Positions 1-9,612 of a DNA stretch of 61,374 nt are shown here, piece by piece (position 1 is the first letter of the stretch; every line of letters starts with the position of its first letter). The notes under the pieces were generated by a model. That model had not been told where the DNA came from, made no database searches, and saw only the letters and a program-made list of their open reading frames with translations. The stretch is from a virus: the IMG/VR virus record IMGVR_UViG_3300029996_000082. The stretch is one strand, 5' to 3'. The position numbers and the translations under genes were made by a program.

Positions 1-99
1 GAGATATGACTAATCCAGCCGACACTTTTGTTAATAGAGTTATATCAGCTTTTAATAGAATACCTATTGCGTTTAAAAATATTTTAAACACAGTTATTA
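1..99. repeat. terminal direct repeat, copy 1 (identical to 61276..61374)
   Basis: exact 99-nt identity read directly from both ends. Confidence 0.95.
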
Positions 100-506
100 G
101 TGATTTTGAAACATTTTTTAATTACACAATTCGAGGCATTAACAACCTTATTGATAATCTAAATTTAACTAATAAAAATATAGGACAATCTACTAATAAG
201 CCCTATACAACTTATGGTAAATTTAGTTCAATGACTTTACCTCGTTTGGCAACAGGAGCAGTAATACCGCCAAATAAAGAATTTATGGCTGTATTAGGTG
301 ACCAAAAACAGGGTACAAATATTGAAACACCTGAAAAATTACTCCGTCAAATCGTAAGAGAAGAATTAGGAAATACTCAGAATGCCGTACCTAATAAATA
401 CGAAATACCTTTACAAGTAGGTAGGAGAACTCTTGCAACACTTGTAATTGATGAAGCTAAACTAATGTTAGCACAAACAGGAAAAAATCCTTTTGAACTG
501 GCATAA
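1..506 (+). CDS. tape measure protein, C-terminal end (continues 57258..61374 across the circular junction)
   Basis: ORF is open at the window start and in the same frame as the open ORF at the window end through the 99-bp overlap; stop TAA at 504-506. Confidence 0.85.
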   Translation, partial: DMTNPADTFVNRVISAFNRIPIAFKNILNTVISDFETFFNYTIRGINNLIDNLNLTNKNIGQSTNKPYTTYGKFSSMTLPRLATGAVIPPNKEFMAVLGDQKQGTNIETPEKLLRQIVREELGNTQNAVPNKYEIPLQVGRRTLATLVIDEAKLMLAQTGKNPFELA

Positions 507-522
507 ATTTAAGGAGGTTATT

Positions 523-903
523 ATGTCACAGCAGAGATTAAAGTTTAATAATTACACTCCGCCAAATGTAGATGCTGACGGCTATCAATTGTCTTTCGCA
601 ACTACTTCCACCTCAAATTCAGGGCGAACAATGCGAGGAAATATGGTTAATGTGCCTCTATTCACAGTAGAGGCATATAACCTTAAATGGACTAATATTA
701 AAGCTACTGATGTATCTAAAATTTTAGGTCAAGTTATGGGCAAAGCAGGATTTGATTTTTACCATTATAATATTTATAAAAATAAATGGGAAACAACTAA
801 ATTCTCTGTAGCAAATATAAACAGTCCTATTATAAATTTAATTGAGGGTATTGAAAAAGTAAGTCAGTTAAGTTTTCAGGTTACGGGGGCAAATCCAGTA
901 TGA
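523..903 (+). CDS. small tail component in the distal-tail-protein (Dit) position
   Basis: AAGGAGG SD 5 nt before ATG 523; sits directly after the tape measure gene; no motif recognised. Confidence 0.45.
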   Translation: MSQQRLKFNNYTPPNVDADGYQLSFATTSTSNSGRTMRGNMVNVPLFTVEAYNLKWTNIKATDVSKILGQVMGKAGFDFYHYNIYKNKWETTKFSVANINSPIINLIEGIEKVSQLSFQVTGANPV

Positions 904-3059
904 AAAATGTGTCAAATGCTTTTAAAGAAGTTATTAAAAATGGAGGTCCATTCTATGCTTATGCTAAGTTTAAATTAGTTGACGGCACAGAATTAGAAAT
1001 GACTTCACGAAAAGATTTTTATATTTCAGGTAATTCATACACACAAGGAGGTCAAGGACAATTCCCTCTTGGTGAGGCTGTATCTAAGACTATTGATATC
1101 GGCATTGATAACCTTGATGAACGATACTCTTCTTATGATTTTAACGGTTGTCAAATTGTATTATACACCGAAGCTGATTTAGCTGACGGTACTATCGAAA
1201 GGCTACAAGAGGGTATTTTCACTGTAATTGATTCTGTTACCCCTGGAGATATTATTGAACTCACAGCACAAGATAATATGTATAAAGCAGATATAAAGTT
1301 TAAATCTACAATTTCATACCCTACAAGTGCATTATTGCTTTTACAGGAAATTTGTACTGTTTGCGGATTATCTTTAGCCTCTACATCAGATTTATCTCAT
1401 ATTTCTTTTCAAATAAATTCCGCCCCTGATAATGTTACTGCAAGACAGGTGTTAGGCTATATTGCACAAATTATGGGAGGCAATGCTTTAATCTTGCCTA
1501 ACGGTCAACTAAAAATTCAGCGTTACAAAAAAGAAGATATTGCTAAAATGTCAATTCTTTCAGGCGGTAACTTAGCTGATAATATCTCAGATTATATTTC
1601 AGGCGGTAAGTTTGGAGAAACTGTTGAAGATGTCATTAGTGGCGAAGAGTTAAACGAATCACTACAATTCCATATTTTAAATACTTATATCAATGAACCT
1701 ACAATTGCAACTGATGATATTATTATTACAGGCTTAACTACAGAAGTTGCAGTTAAAGGCAGTTCTTCTGAAAAACAGACTATAACATATGGCACAGAAG
1801 GTTATATGCTTAATATCAACAATCCTTTAATTAAAGGCAGAGAAGAAGCTGGGTTAAAAGTTATTGGTAATGTTGTTATTGGCATAAGTACAAGACCGTT
1901 TTCAGGAGATTTTTCACCTAATCCTACAATTGAGTATATGGATAGTGTATATATTGTTGATAGAAAAGATAATATTTATCAGTCAATTGTATCTTCACAT
2001 ACATTTACTTATTTAGGAAATAGTTCTGTATCAAATAATACGCCGTCAAATGAAAAGAAAAATGCTACATATCAAAGTAATGCCTCTAATATTTATCGTA
2101 AAGCACAAGAAGATATTGAACAAAATAAAACAGAATGGGAAAAAACTGCTGAAATCTTGAATAATGAATTACAAAATGCAAGCGGACTTTTTCAGACAAC
2201 ACAGACAAATCCTGACGGTTCTACTATATATTATCTGCACGATAAAAAAACGCTTGAAGAATCACAAGTAGTAATTAAAGTTACATCGCAGGCAATAGGC
2301 ATATCTACAGACGGAGGCAACACTTATCCTACAGGAATTACGGTTGACGGAGATGCTATTGTATCAATTTTACAATCAGTCGGAATTAACGCAGACTGGA
2401 TAAATACAGGTACTCTAAAGGTAGGCGGAAAAGATAATGGCAACGGTTTAATACAGGTGTATGATAAAAATGGTGAATTATTAGGTAAAATAAATAACGA
2501 AGGCTTAACAATTAAATCAGGAGGAGTTGTTAAATCAGAAGCAACAGCTTATAAATATGTACAATTACAGGGTTCTAATATTTATTTTCGTGATTTAAAT
2601 AAAAATAAAGAGGTTATGTCAGTTATTGAAGGAGATACTACATCTTTAGATTTTTATGTGCCGAGTAGCTTTCATTTATTCAAAGGGGAATATAAAAGTC
2701 CAAATGCTGTACAAGTAATGAATTATGACGGTACTTCAAACACTACTAAAGTAACAAATTTAAGTGGAGCTATTAAAACGGCGAATGTAACAGATTCTTT
2801 TGTTTTAAGTAACAAAAGTACATTTAAATGTGAATCAGGCAGTACATTTACAGTAGATAATGGTGTTACAGTAGAAATTTATAGTCCTATAAATATGGAA
2901 GAATATACTATATCTAATTTAAAATTACAAAATTTAAAGGGAATAAACGGTACTAAAACTGTATCAGGAACACTTAGAGTAGTTACTTCTATAAATTCAG
3001 ACGGCACTTATAATTGGCGAGAATTACAGGTAAAGGATGGTTTAATTGTTGCTCTTTAA
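900..3059 (+). CDS. tail-associated / baseplate hub-fibre protein (Tal position), 719 aa
   Basis: ATGA stop-start overlap with the upstream gene; large protein after TMP and the Dit-like gene, as in siphoviruses. Confidence 0.6.
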   Translation: MKNVSNAFKEVIKNGGPFYAYAKFKLVDGTELEMTSRKDFYISGNSYTQGGQGQFPLGEAVSKTIDIGIDNLDERYSSYDFNGCQIVLYTEADLADGTIERLQEGIFTVIDSVTPGDIIELTAQDNMYKADIKFKSTISYPTSALLLLQEICTVCGLSLASTSDLSHISFQINSAPDNVTARQVLGYIAQIMGGNALILPNGQLKIQRYKKEDIAKMSILSGGNLADNISDYISGGKFGETVEDVISGEELNESLQFHILNTYINEPTIATDDIIITGLTTEVAVKGSSSEKQTITYGTEGYMLNINNPLIKGREEAGLKVIGNVVIGISTRPFSGDFSPNPTIEYMDSVYIVDRKDNIYQSIVSSHTFTYLGNSSVSNNTPSNEKKNATYQSNASNIYRKAQEDIEQNKTEWEKTAEILNNELQNASGLFQTTQTNPDGSTIYYLHDKKTLEESQVVIKVTSQAIGISTDGGNTYPTGITVDGDAIVSILQSVGINADWINTGTLKVGGKDNGNGLIQVYDKNGELLGKINNEGLTIKSGGVVKSEATAYKYVQLQGSNIYFRDLNKNKEVMSVIEGDTTSLDFYVPSSFHLFKGEYKSPNAVQVMNYDGTSNTTKVTNLSGAIKTANVTDSFVLSNKSTFKCESGSTFTVDNGVTVEIYSPINMEEYTISNLKLQNLKGINGTKTVSGTLRVVTSINSDGTYNWRELQVKDGLIVAL

Positions 3060-3276
3060 TAAACCTACTAAATACGATAAACTTTATAATTTTACAGAGC
3101 CTGAATTGAGGTATTTAAGAAGAGAATGCAATTTTACTCCCGAAGAATTAAAATATTTTAATTTAAAAGCTAAAAGTTATTCAAATACAGCCGTAGCTAT
3201 GGAAATGTATATCTCAGAATCTAAAGTATCTGTTTTAGCTCGTAAAGTAAAACACAAAATTTTAAAAGTTATATAA
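3046..3276 (+). CDS. small sigma-70 region-4 / LuxR-like HTH protein (possible regulator)
   Basis: TTG start after AAAGGA; NTAVAMEMYISESKVSVLARKVKHKI resembles a region 4.2 HTH. Confidence 0.4.
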   Translation: MLLFNKPTKYDKLYNFTEPELRYLRRECNFTPEELKYFNLKAKSYSNTAVAMEMYISESKVSVLARKVKHKILKVI

Positions 3277-3302
3277 ATTACAATTTTTATACAGTTTTTA
3301 TA

Positions 3303-3337
3303 CAGGAAATCAACAAGTTGGTTTCCTGTTTTTGTTT
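3303..3337 (+). terminator. intrinsic terminator
   Basis: CAGGAAA/TTTCCTG stem followed by a T-tract. Confidence 0.8.
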
Positions 3338-3496
3338 TATAATATAAGTACAAAATAAATCAATTGATTTACTCAATATTGAGAGGAGAGTGATTACCGA
3401 TGATAGACATTAGCCGAGGCTTGACGAAGATGATACAAGATAAGCGGTGTTCATCTGTAGTCGCTCTCCGTTTACTTTACAAAGGAGGTTTAGAAG

Positions 3497-3970
3497 ATGA
3501 ACGGATTTCAGCAATTCCAAAATCCAATAACAACAAATCCATATCTGCCGACAAATCAGTTACAAAACCGTTATTCTAATCCTTATATGCCTACAACAAC
3601 CTCACAAGCAACAAATAACGGTATTACTTGGGTTCAAGGCATAGAGGGAGCTAAAGCATATCAGCTCACACCTAACAGCATTGCAATGCTAATGGATAGT
3701 GAATCTGACGGTAGATTCTATATTAAAGTATCTGATAATGTAGGTATGTGTACTTTAAGGATTTTTGATTATACAGAAGTTACTAATAATATATCAAATA
3801 ATACAAATAATAACAATAATTTGGATTTATCAAATTATGTTACTAAAGATGAATTAAACGATATTATTTCTAAAATAAAAGATAATGGAGGTAAAAATAA
3901 TGGCAAACAGTCTATTTCAGGAAATGCAGTCAATGCAAAATCAGGCAATAAACCCCTTATCACAGAGTAA
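3497..3970 (+). CDS. hypothetical protein with N/Q/P-rich N-terminus and poly-Asn tract
   Basis: AAAGGAGG SD before ATG 3497; 157-aa ORF. Confidence 0.55.
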   Translation: MNGFQQFQNPITTNPYLPTNQLQNRYSNPYMPTTTSQATNNGITWVQGIEGAKAYQLTPNSIAMLMDSESDGRFYIKVSDNVGMCTLRIFDYTEVTNNISNNTNNNNNLDLSNYVTKDELNDIISKIKDNGGKNNGKQSISGNAVNAKSGNKPLITE

Positions 3971-4178
3971 TATGGGAAATATTAAACAGATGATAAATTT
4001 GATTAAAGGTAAAAATAATCCTAATCAGATGTTACAGATGTTAGCACAGCAGAATCCTCAGGTGTCACAGATTATGAATATGCTTAACGGCTCGCATATG
4101 AGCCCTAAACAGCTATTTATGCAGACAGCACAGCAGAGAGGTATTGACCCTAACACAATTATCAATCAGCTTAAATAA
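3900..4178 (+). CDS. hypothetical Q/M/N-rich protein
   Basis: GGAGGT SD before ATG 3900; overlaps the upstream gene by 71 nt in another frame. Confidence 0.5.
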   Translation: MANSLFQEMQSMQNQAINPLSQSNMGNIKQMINLIKGKNNPNQMLQMLAQQNPQVSQIMNMLNGSHMSPKQLFMQTAQQRGIDPNTIINQLK

Positions 4179-4193
4179 ATATTATTAAATCAT

Positions 4194-4221
4194 TTGCGTA
4201 CGGAATGGTTTTTAATATAAA
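4194..4221 (+). promoter_or_regulatory. possible sigma-A promoter
   Basis: TTGCGT-16-TATAAA upstream of 4253. Confidence 0.35.
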
Positions 4222-4252
4222 ATATAAATAATTTATAAAGGAGATTAAAATT

Positions 4253-4912
4253 ATGGAAACTGGCTTAACAGCAAGTGATGTTGCTCTTCTTAACGGTAAG
4301 AACAACGATAATGACTGGACTGACGGCGGCTTTATGTGGATTTTCGCACTCCTTATCCTCTTTTGGGGTGGTAACGGAATGTGGGGAAATCGTAATGTAA
4401 CAAACGGCGAACCTGTAACAGAAGCAGGTCTGTGTAATGCAATGAATTTCAATAATCTTGAAAATGCTGTTGGCAGACTATCTGACCAGAATCAGCAGCA
4501 GACACAGCTTCTTGGCAACGGTATATGTAACCTCGGCTACGAAATGCAGGGCAATATTTCACAGCTTGGCAAAGAAGTGGCACTCGGTCAGTCGGGTATC
4601 AATCAGAACATTATGTCAGAGGGTAACACAATTCAGCGACAGATTGCAGAATGTTGTTGCGACAACAGACTTGCAACTGCTAACCTCTCTGCACAGATGG
4701 ACAGACAGACTTGTGATATTACCTCAGCTATTCACGCAGAGGGCGAGGCAACAAGAGCATTGATGCAGACAAATGAAATTCAAGCTCTTCGTGACAAGGT
4801 ATCAAGCCTTGAAATGGATAGCAGAATGTATGGTGTTGTGCGTTATCCTAACGGTTTTGTTTATAATGCAGGCAATTCACCATTCTGCGGCTGTAACAGT
4901 TGCGGTGTCTAA
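4253..4912 (+). CDS. membrane protein with one TM helix and a Cys-rich C-terminus
   Basis: AAGGAG SD; WIFALLILFWGG hydrophobic helix; ECCCDN and FCGCNSCGV cysteine clusters; visibly higher G+C than flanks. Confidence 0.55.
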   Translation: METGLTASDVALLNGKNNDNDWTDGGFMWIFALLILFWGGNGMWGNRNVTNGEPVTEAGLCNAMNFNNLENAVGRLSDQNQQQTQLLGNGICNLGYEMQGNISQLGKEVALGQSGINQNIMSEGNTIQRQIAECCCDNRLATANLSAQMDRQTCDITSAIHAEGEATRALMQTNEIQALRDKVSSLEMDSRMYGVVRYPNGFVYNAGNSPFCGCNSCGV

Positions 4913-4946
4913 CTAAAAAATTATAGAGCATTGTAGTATGCCAAAT

Positions 4947-4983
4947 AGCGGAAGTGTTATGCGGCACTTCCGCTTTATTTTTA
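4947..4983 (+). terminator. intrinsic terminator
   Basis: AGCGGAAGTG/CACTTCCGCT 10-bp stem followed by a T-tract. Confidence 0.85.
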
Positions 4984-5010
4984 TTATTAAATAATGGAGG
5001 TCAAATTAAA

Positions 5011-5424
5011 ATGACAGAAGGATATTCAAAGAATGTAACAGTTTTAACATCAACAGCTATTCCGATTAACAACATTACTATGCAGAAAGGTTGTACTTCT
5101 TCACAGTCGGGTGCTTCTGCAATTAAACTGAGCAAATGCGGTGTATATATGGTATCTGTAGATGCAAGTGTAGTAGCTACAACAGCAGGCACAATTTCTT
5201 TTCAGTTACAGAGGGACGGAGTATTAGTTCCACAGGCTGTAGCCTCTGAAACAGCCGCAGATACAACAGGTGTACACTCAATGAGTTTTTCAACTCTTGT
5301 ACAGGTAAATGAAAACGATATTAAATGTAATTGCTGTACATCTCCTACAATCATTGATGTAGTAAATGTAGGTGTAGGTGCTACATTTACACAGTTTAAT
5401 ATTACTGTAACTAAAATTTGCTAA
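5011..5424 (+). CDS. C1q/TNF-like jelly-roll protein (BclA C-terminal-domain-like), Cys-rich; tentative
   Basis: GGAGGT SD before ATG 5011; GVYMVSVDASVVATTAGTISFQLQRDGVLVP resembles exosporium BclA C-terminal domains. Confidence 0.35.
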   Translation: MTEGYSKNVTVLTSTAIPINNITMQKGCTSSQSGASAIKLSKCGVYMVSVDASVVATTAGTISFQLQRDGVLVPQAVASETAADTTGVHSMSFSTLVQVNENDIKCNCCTSPTIIDVVNVGVGATFTQFNITVTKIC

Positions 5425-5658
5425 ATGAATAATAATGAACAACTGTCATTACTTGATATTCTAAATATATTAAGTTTTATTATAGGTATTTTAAACTATA
5501 ATGAAAACTTAACACGGGGCGATAAACAAGAACTAATGCAGGAAATTGACAACAAGATTTCATTAGTTTTAGATAAAGTGCAGAAACATTTAGAGATTCA
5601 GGATAAGCAGTTAAATATCATTATTAAACGATTGGAGGAGCTTGAAATTGACCGTTGA
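5425..5658 (+). CDS. small protein with hydrophobic N-terminus and coiled coil
   Basis: TAAATG junction with the upstream gene; ILNILSFIIGIL segment followed by heptad-like sequence. Confidence 0.5.
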   Translation: MNNNEQLSLLDILNILSFIIGILNYNENLTRGDKQELMQEIDNKISLVLDKVQKHLEIQDKQLNIIIKRLEELEIDR

Positions 5659-6217
5659 GGAAATCTATTCCAAAATCTTACAGCATATGATTAAAGGCTT
5701 AATGTTCCACGAACAAATGGCAAATTATTATGATTTTTTAGGACTTAAAGGCTACAAAAGGTGTCACGAATATCACTATTTGGAAGAAAATTGTGCTATG
5801 CGTACACTAAATAGATACTTTATCAATCATCATAATAAATTGATTCCAAAGTTAGATGTTTCCGACCCTGAAATTATCCCTAGCAGTTGGTATAAATACT
5901 CTCGTCAGGATGTGGATAACGGCACTAAGAAGAATGCCGTTAAAAATGGACTCACTCTTTGGAGAGAATGGGAAACAGAAACTAAAGAATTATACGAAAA
6001 AATGTATAAAGAATTGATTGATATTGACGAAGTAGCTTCCGCTATGAAAATCAAAGAGCTTATTTGTGATGTTAATTGTGAACTGAAAAAGGTTGAAAGA
6101 TACCAACTCAATAAAAAAGCTACAGACTATGATTTGGTAGATATTATTGAGGAACAGCACAAAAAACACGAAAAATATCGTCATAAAATGAAGAAAATAG
6201 GAATAAAGATATGTTAG
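5648..6217 (+). CDS. ferritin-like helical-bundle protein (tentative)
   Basis: GGAGGAG SD at 5634-5640 favours TTG 5648 over the track start 5642; HEQMANYY...GYKRCHEYHYLEE pattern. Confidence 0.35.
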   Translation: MTVEEIYSKILQHMIKGLMFHEQMANYYDFLGLKGYKRCHEYHYLEENCAMRTLNRYFINHHNKLIPKLDVSDPEIIPSSWYKYSRQDVDNGTKKNAVKNGLTLWREWETETKELYEKMYKELIDIDEVASAMKIKELICDVNCELKKVERYQLNKKATDYDLVDIIEEQHKKHEKYRHKMKKIGIKIC

Positions 6218-6582
6218 ATTTAACAGAAATTGAGAACACTATTGAGGAACTTGAAAATGCTCCTACTACTTTTGCAAATTGCCAAAAATTGGCAAGTTTA
6301 TATATCGTATTAAACTATATCAACACACAAGAACAAGAAAAGCAAAATGAAGATACTGTTATACAAGAGTATTCGGATATTTTACCTGCTTATACAGAGT
6401 TTTGTAAAATCAAAAAACAGTATCAATTAAATCAAGTATCTATTGAGGCTGTAACTACAGGTATTAAAGATGTCTGTAAAGAGATATACGAGTTTTTGCA
6501 AACGCTGTATAATAATTCAGATATTGCAGAAGAAAGGCACATATTAGTTCAATCAATCAAAGATTTTCTGAATAATATCTAA
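6211..6582 (+). CDS. hypothetical protein
   Basis: 123-aa ORF overlapping the upstream stop; followed by an intrinsic terminator. Confidence 0.55.
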   Translation: MLDLTEIENTIEELENAPTTFANCQKLASLYIVLNYINTQEQEKQNEDTVIQEYSDILPAYTEFCKIKKQYQLNQVSIEAVTTGIKDVCKEIYEFLQTLYNNSDIAEERHILVQSIKDFLNNI

Positions 6583-6587
6583 CTGTA

Positions 6588-6629
6588 AATGCGAAGTGTT
6601 TAAGCGACATTTCGCATTTATTTTTTTTT
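6588..6629 (+). terminator. intrinsic terminator
   Basis: AAATGCGAA/TTCGCATTT stem followed by T9. Confidence 0.85.
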
Positions 6630-6639
6630 AATTTAACAC

Positions 6640-6668
6640 TTGACAATTCAATAAATATGTTATATAAT
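6640..6668 (+). promoter_or_regulatory. consensus sigma-A promoter (start of the replication operon)
   Basis: TTGACA-17 nt-TATAAT, directly after a terminator. Confidence 0.8.
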
Positions 6669-6691
6669 ATTTACAAGAAAGGGGGTAAAGT

Positions 6692-8368
6692 ATGATTTCC
6701 GTAAGAGTAGCAGAGAGTGATAAAATAAATAACGATTACTCAATCTATGTATCTTTTCCATTCGACAATACAATTGTAAATACAATCAGGAAAATGTCAA
6801 ATAGATATTGGCACACGGATAATAAAGAATGGGAATTACCTTTATTTAAATTAAAGACTTTATTATCTGAATTAAACGGATATGAATTTAATATAACAGG
6901 TAAATATGTAACTTTAGAGAAACCTGAGGCAAAAATACCTGATAATTTTAAATTTAAAACTAATCCATTTAAACATCAAATTGAGGGTTTTAATTATGGC
7001 TTACAGTATGACCGTTGGTTACTTGGGGACGAGCAAGGACTCGGAAAGACTAAACAGGTAATTGATATTGCAGTTGCAAAAAAATTGCAGAAAGGCTATA
7101 AACATTGTTTAATTATCTGTGGTGTTAATGGCTTAAAATGGAATTGGCAGAATGAAATTAAGATTCATTCAAATGAAAAAGGGTGGATTTTAGGTCAGCG
7201 TACTAAAAACGGCAAAACTAAAATCGGAAGTATTAATGAGCGACTATACGATTTACAGCATTTAAATGAACTGTCAGCGTATTTTTTGGTCACTAATATA
7301 GAATCATTAAGAAGTCCTAAAATCGTAGCAGAGCTAAAATCTCTGTGCGACAGAGGGGAAATAAATATGATTGCCGTAGACGAGATACACAAAGCTAAAA
7401 ATTCAGCTTCTCAGCAAGGTAAAGGATTATTAAAATTACAACCTGAGTGCCGCATAGCTATGACAGGTACACCTTTGATGAATAATCCCATTGATTTATT
7501 TATCATTTTAAAGTGGCTTGGATATGAAAAACACGCTCTCTATTCATTTAAACAACACTACTGTGTTTTTGGAGGATTTGGCGGTCACGATATTATTGGC
7601 TATAAAAATCTATCTGATTTACAGGAACAAGTAAATCATATAATGTTACGCAGACTTAAATCAGATGTACTTGACTTGCCTGAAAAGTTGTACATTGATG
7701 AATATGTAGAAATGACATGTAAACAAGAACAGGTATATAAAGAGGTTGCAACAAACATACGAATGAATATTGATAAAATCAAATGTGCATCAAATCCACT
7801 TGCTGAGTTAATTCGTTTAAGGCAAGCGACAGGATATACAGGTATCTTATCAAGCACAATCAAAGAAAGTGCCAAAATGGATAGATTGGGCGAGCTTGTA
7901 GATGAAAATATTGAAAATAATAAAAAAGTTATTATTTTTAGTAATTGGACTCAAATGACTACACCTATTTATGATATGTTACACAAAAAATATAACGGTA
8001 TAATTATCACAGGCGAAACTAAAGACTCTGATAGACAACATAATGTAGATTTATTTCAAAATAATAATAACTATAAATTTGCTATCGGCACTATCGGTGC
8101 AATGGGTACAGGATTAACTTTGACCTCTGCAAGCACAGTAATTTTTATTGACGAGCCGTGGACTATGGCGGCTAAACAGCAAGCTATTGACCGAGCCCAC
8201 AGAATTGGCACAAAAGAAAATGTCACAGTTTATACATTAATGGCAAAAAACACAATTGACGAAAGAATACATCAATTGGTAGAAAAGAAAGGTGCAATGT
8301 CAGATGCACTTATTGACGGTAAGGTAACAACTCATTCAAGTGAATTGTTAGACTTTTTGTTAAGTTAG
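6692..8368 (+). CDS. SNF2-family helicase
   Basis: DEQGLGKT (motif I), VDEIHKAKN (DExH), MTGTPLMNN, QAIDRAHRIGTKENV (motif VI). Confidence 0.9.
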   Translation: MISVRVAESDKINNDYSIYVSFPFDNTIVNTIRKMSNRYWHTDNKEWELPLFKLKTLLSELNGYEFNITGKYVTLEKPEAKIPDNFKFKTNPFKHQIEGFNYGLQYDRWLLGDEQGLGKTKQVIDIAVAKKLQKGYKHCLIICGVNGLKWNWQNEIKIHSNEKGWILGQRTKNGKTKIGSINERLYDLQHLNELSAYFLVTNIESLRSPKIVAELKSLCDRGEINMIAVDEIHKAKNSASQQGKGLLKLQPECRIAMTGTPLMNNPIDLFIILKWLGYEKHALYSFKQHYCVFGGFGGHDIIGYKNLSDLQEQVNHIMLRRLKSDVLDLPEKLYIDEYVEMTCKQEQVYKEVATNIRMNIDKIKCASNPLAELIRLRQATGYTGILSSTIKESAKMDRLGELVDENIENNKKVIIFSNWTQMTTPIYDMLHKKYNGIIITGETKDSDRQHNVDLFQNNNNYKFAIGTIGAMGTGLTLTSASTVIFIDEPWTMAAKQQAIDRAHRIGTKENVTVYTLMAKNTIDERIHQLVEKKGAMSDALIDGKVTTHSSELLDFLLS

Positions 8369-8381
8369 GAAGGAAGATTAA

Positions 8382-8678
8382 ATGAAAGAAAAAATGTTAA
8401 AAGTTGAAGAAGTAGCTGTACTTGTAGGAGTATCAGCTAAAACAATTAATGTTTGGTATGCTTGGGCAAAAAAGCATCCTGATGAAGAAATGGCTAAACT
8501 ACTGCCTGTGTACACACAGACTACAGCAAGAGGCACAAGATTGTGGAGTTATTCAGATATTTGGAAATTAGCTCAATTTAAAAATCAAGTACCGAAAGGC
8601 TGTAAAGGTATTTTTGGAGATGTAACACAGCAGTATTATAGAAAACACTCAACAACATACAATAAGGAGGATAATTAA
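8382..8678 (+). CDS. MerR/excisionase-like HTH DNA-binding protein
   Basis: LKVEEVAVLVGVSAKTINVW helix-turn-helix pattern. Confidence 0.45.
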   Translation: MKEKMLKVEEVAVLVGVSAKTINVWYAWAKKHPDEEMAKLLPVYTQTTARGTRLWSYSDIWKLAQFKNQVPKGCKGIFGDVTQQYYRKHSTTYNKEDN

Positions 8679-8679
8679 A

Positions 8680-9054
8680 ATGAGTGAATTAACAACCTTA
8701 ATACCCGAATACGCAGAGGCAAAAAAATTGGAAAATGATTCCAAAAAAACCACAACTAAGTTAGGTAATGACATTAAAGCTGAGTTTGCAAATCAGAATC
8801 TTGATAGTTTTTCAGCAGGCGGTTATACTGTTACAATGTCAATATCTACAAGAGATGAAATGCTTGAAGATAAAATGATTGATTTTGTTAAATCTACAGG
8901 CATTGAAGGCATTGTTAAAACTAAAGAATATATTGATACTGATGAACTTGAAAAAGCTCTGTATAATGAAATATTCACAGAGGAACAGCTTTTTGAACTC
9001 AGTAAATGTATCAATAAAAAAGAAATTAAAACATTAAGAGTTAAGAAAGGATAA
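8680..9054 (+). CDS. hypothetical protein
   Basis: AGGAGGA SD; 124-aa ORF. Confidence 0.55.
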   Translation: MSELTTLIPEYAEAKKLENDSKKTTTKLGNDIKAEFANQNLDSFSAGGYTVTMSISTRDEMLEDKMIDFVKSTGIEGIVKTKEYIDTDELEKALYNEIFTEEQLFELSKCINKKEIKTLRVKKG

Positions 9055-9057
9055 ATA

Positions 9058-9273
9058 ATGCAGATATTTTTTGATATTATAAATATATTATTTTTGTGTA
9101 TTATAATTGCAATATTAGCAATCGCTCTATTATCAGTAGTATTTATTGTATTATGTCTAATAGTTGTTATAATAAAAGTTATTATATGCGATTATATTAT
9201 ACCGAGTATTAAAAATTATAAATTAAAACGCAGAATTAAAAAACAGACTAAAAATATTAAGGAGGTAAAATAA
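9058..9273 (+). CDS. small membrane protein
   Basis: long hydrophobic stretch followed by a basic tail. Confidence 0.45.
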   Translation: MQIFFDIINILFLCIIIAILAIALLSVVFIVLCLIVVIIKVIICDYIIPSIKNYKLKRRIKKQTKNIKEVK

Positions 9274-9482
9274 TGAGTGATGTAGAGGTAAAAACTATTA
9301 AAGCTACGAGCCGAGCAAGCGTAAAGGTAGGCGAACAGTATTATACTGTTGAATACTCGGAAGAAAGAATTATAAATAATCCCGATGTTGACCTTACCGT
9401 TGAAAGAGATGTATTATGGGATGTTGTAAATGCCGAGTGCGATAAACAGGTTGAAGAAATTTTAAAAACTTTTAAAAAATAG
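9273..9482 (+). CDS. hypothetical protein
   Basis: AAGGAGG SD; TAATG junction with the upstream gene. Confidence 0.55.
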   Translation: MSDVEVKTIKATSRASVKVGEQYYTVEYSEERIINNPDVDLTVERDVLWDVVNAECDKQVEEILKTFKK

Positions 9483-9511
9483 TTGACTTTTTCGCTAATA
9501 TGTGTTACAAT
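9483..9511 (+). promoter_or_regulatory. sigma-A promoter
   Basis: TTGACT-17-TACAAT with TGT upstream of the -10. Confidence 0.7.
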
Positions 9512-9612
9512 ATAAATACAGTTAAGAGAATAGCAATACTCAAATAAAACTGTAGCAAGGCAGTATGTGTGAGATACTTCCACCTTATCAAAACTAAATA
9601 CTGCCAGTAGAC

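Noticed and set aside
1-99. The 99-bp end repeat as a biological direct terminal repeat
   Set aside because: It falls in frame in the middle of the tape measure coding sequence, and its length is typical of an assembly k-mer overlap. It is more likely an artefact of linearising a circular contig, though this cannot be proven without reads.
3381-3473. A tRNA or tmRNA-like gene in the GC-rich intergenic segment
   Set aside because: There is no GTTCRANYC T-loop, no D-arm consensus and no 7-bp acceptor stem with the proper geometry.
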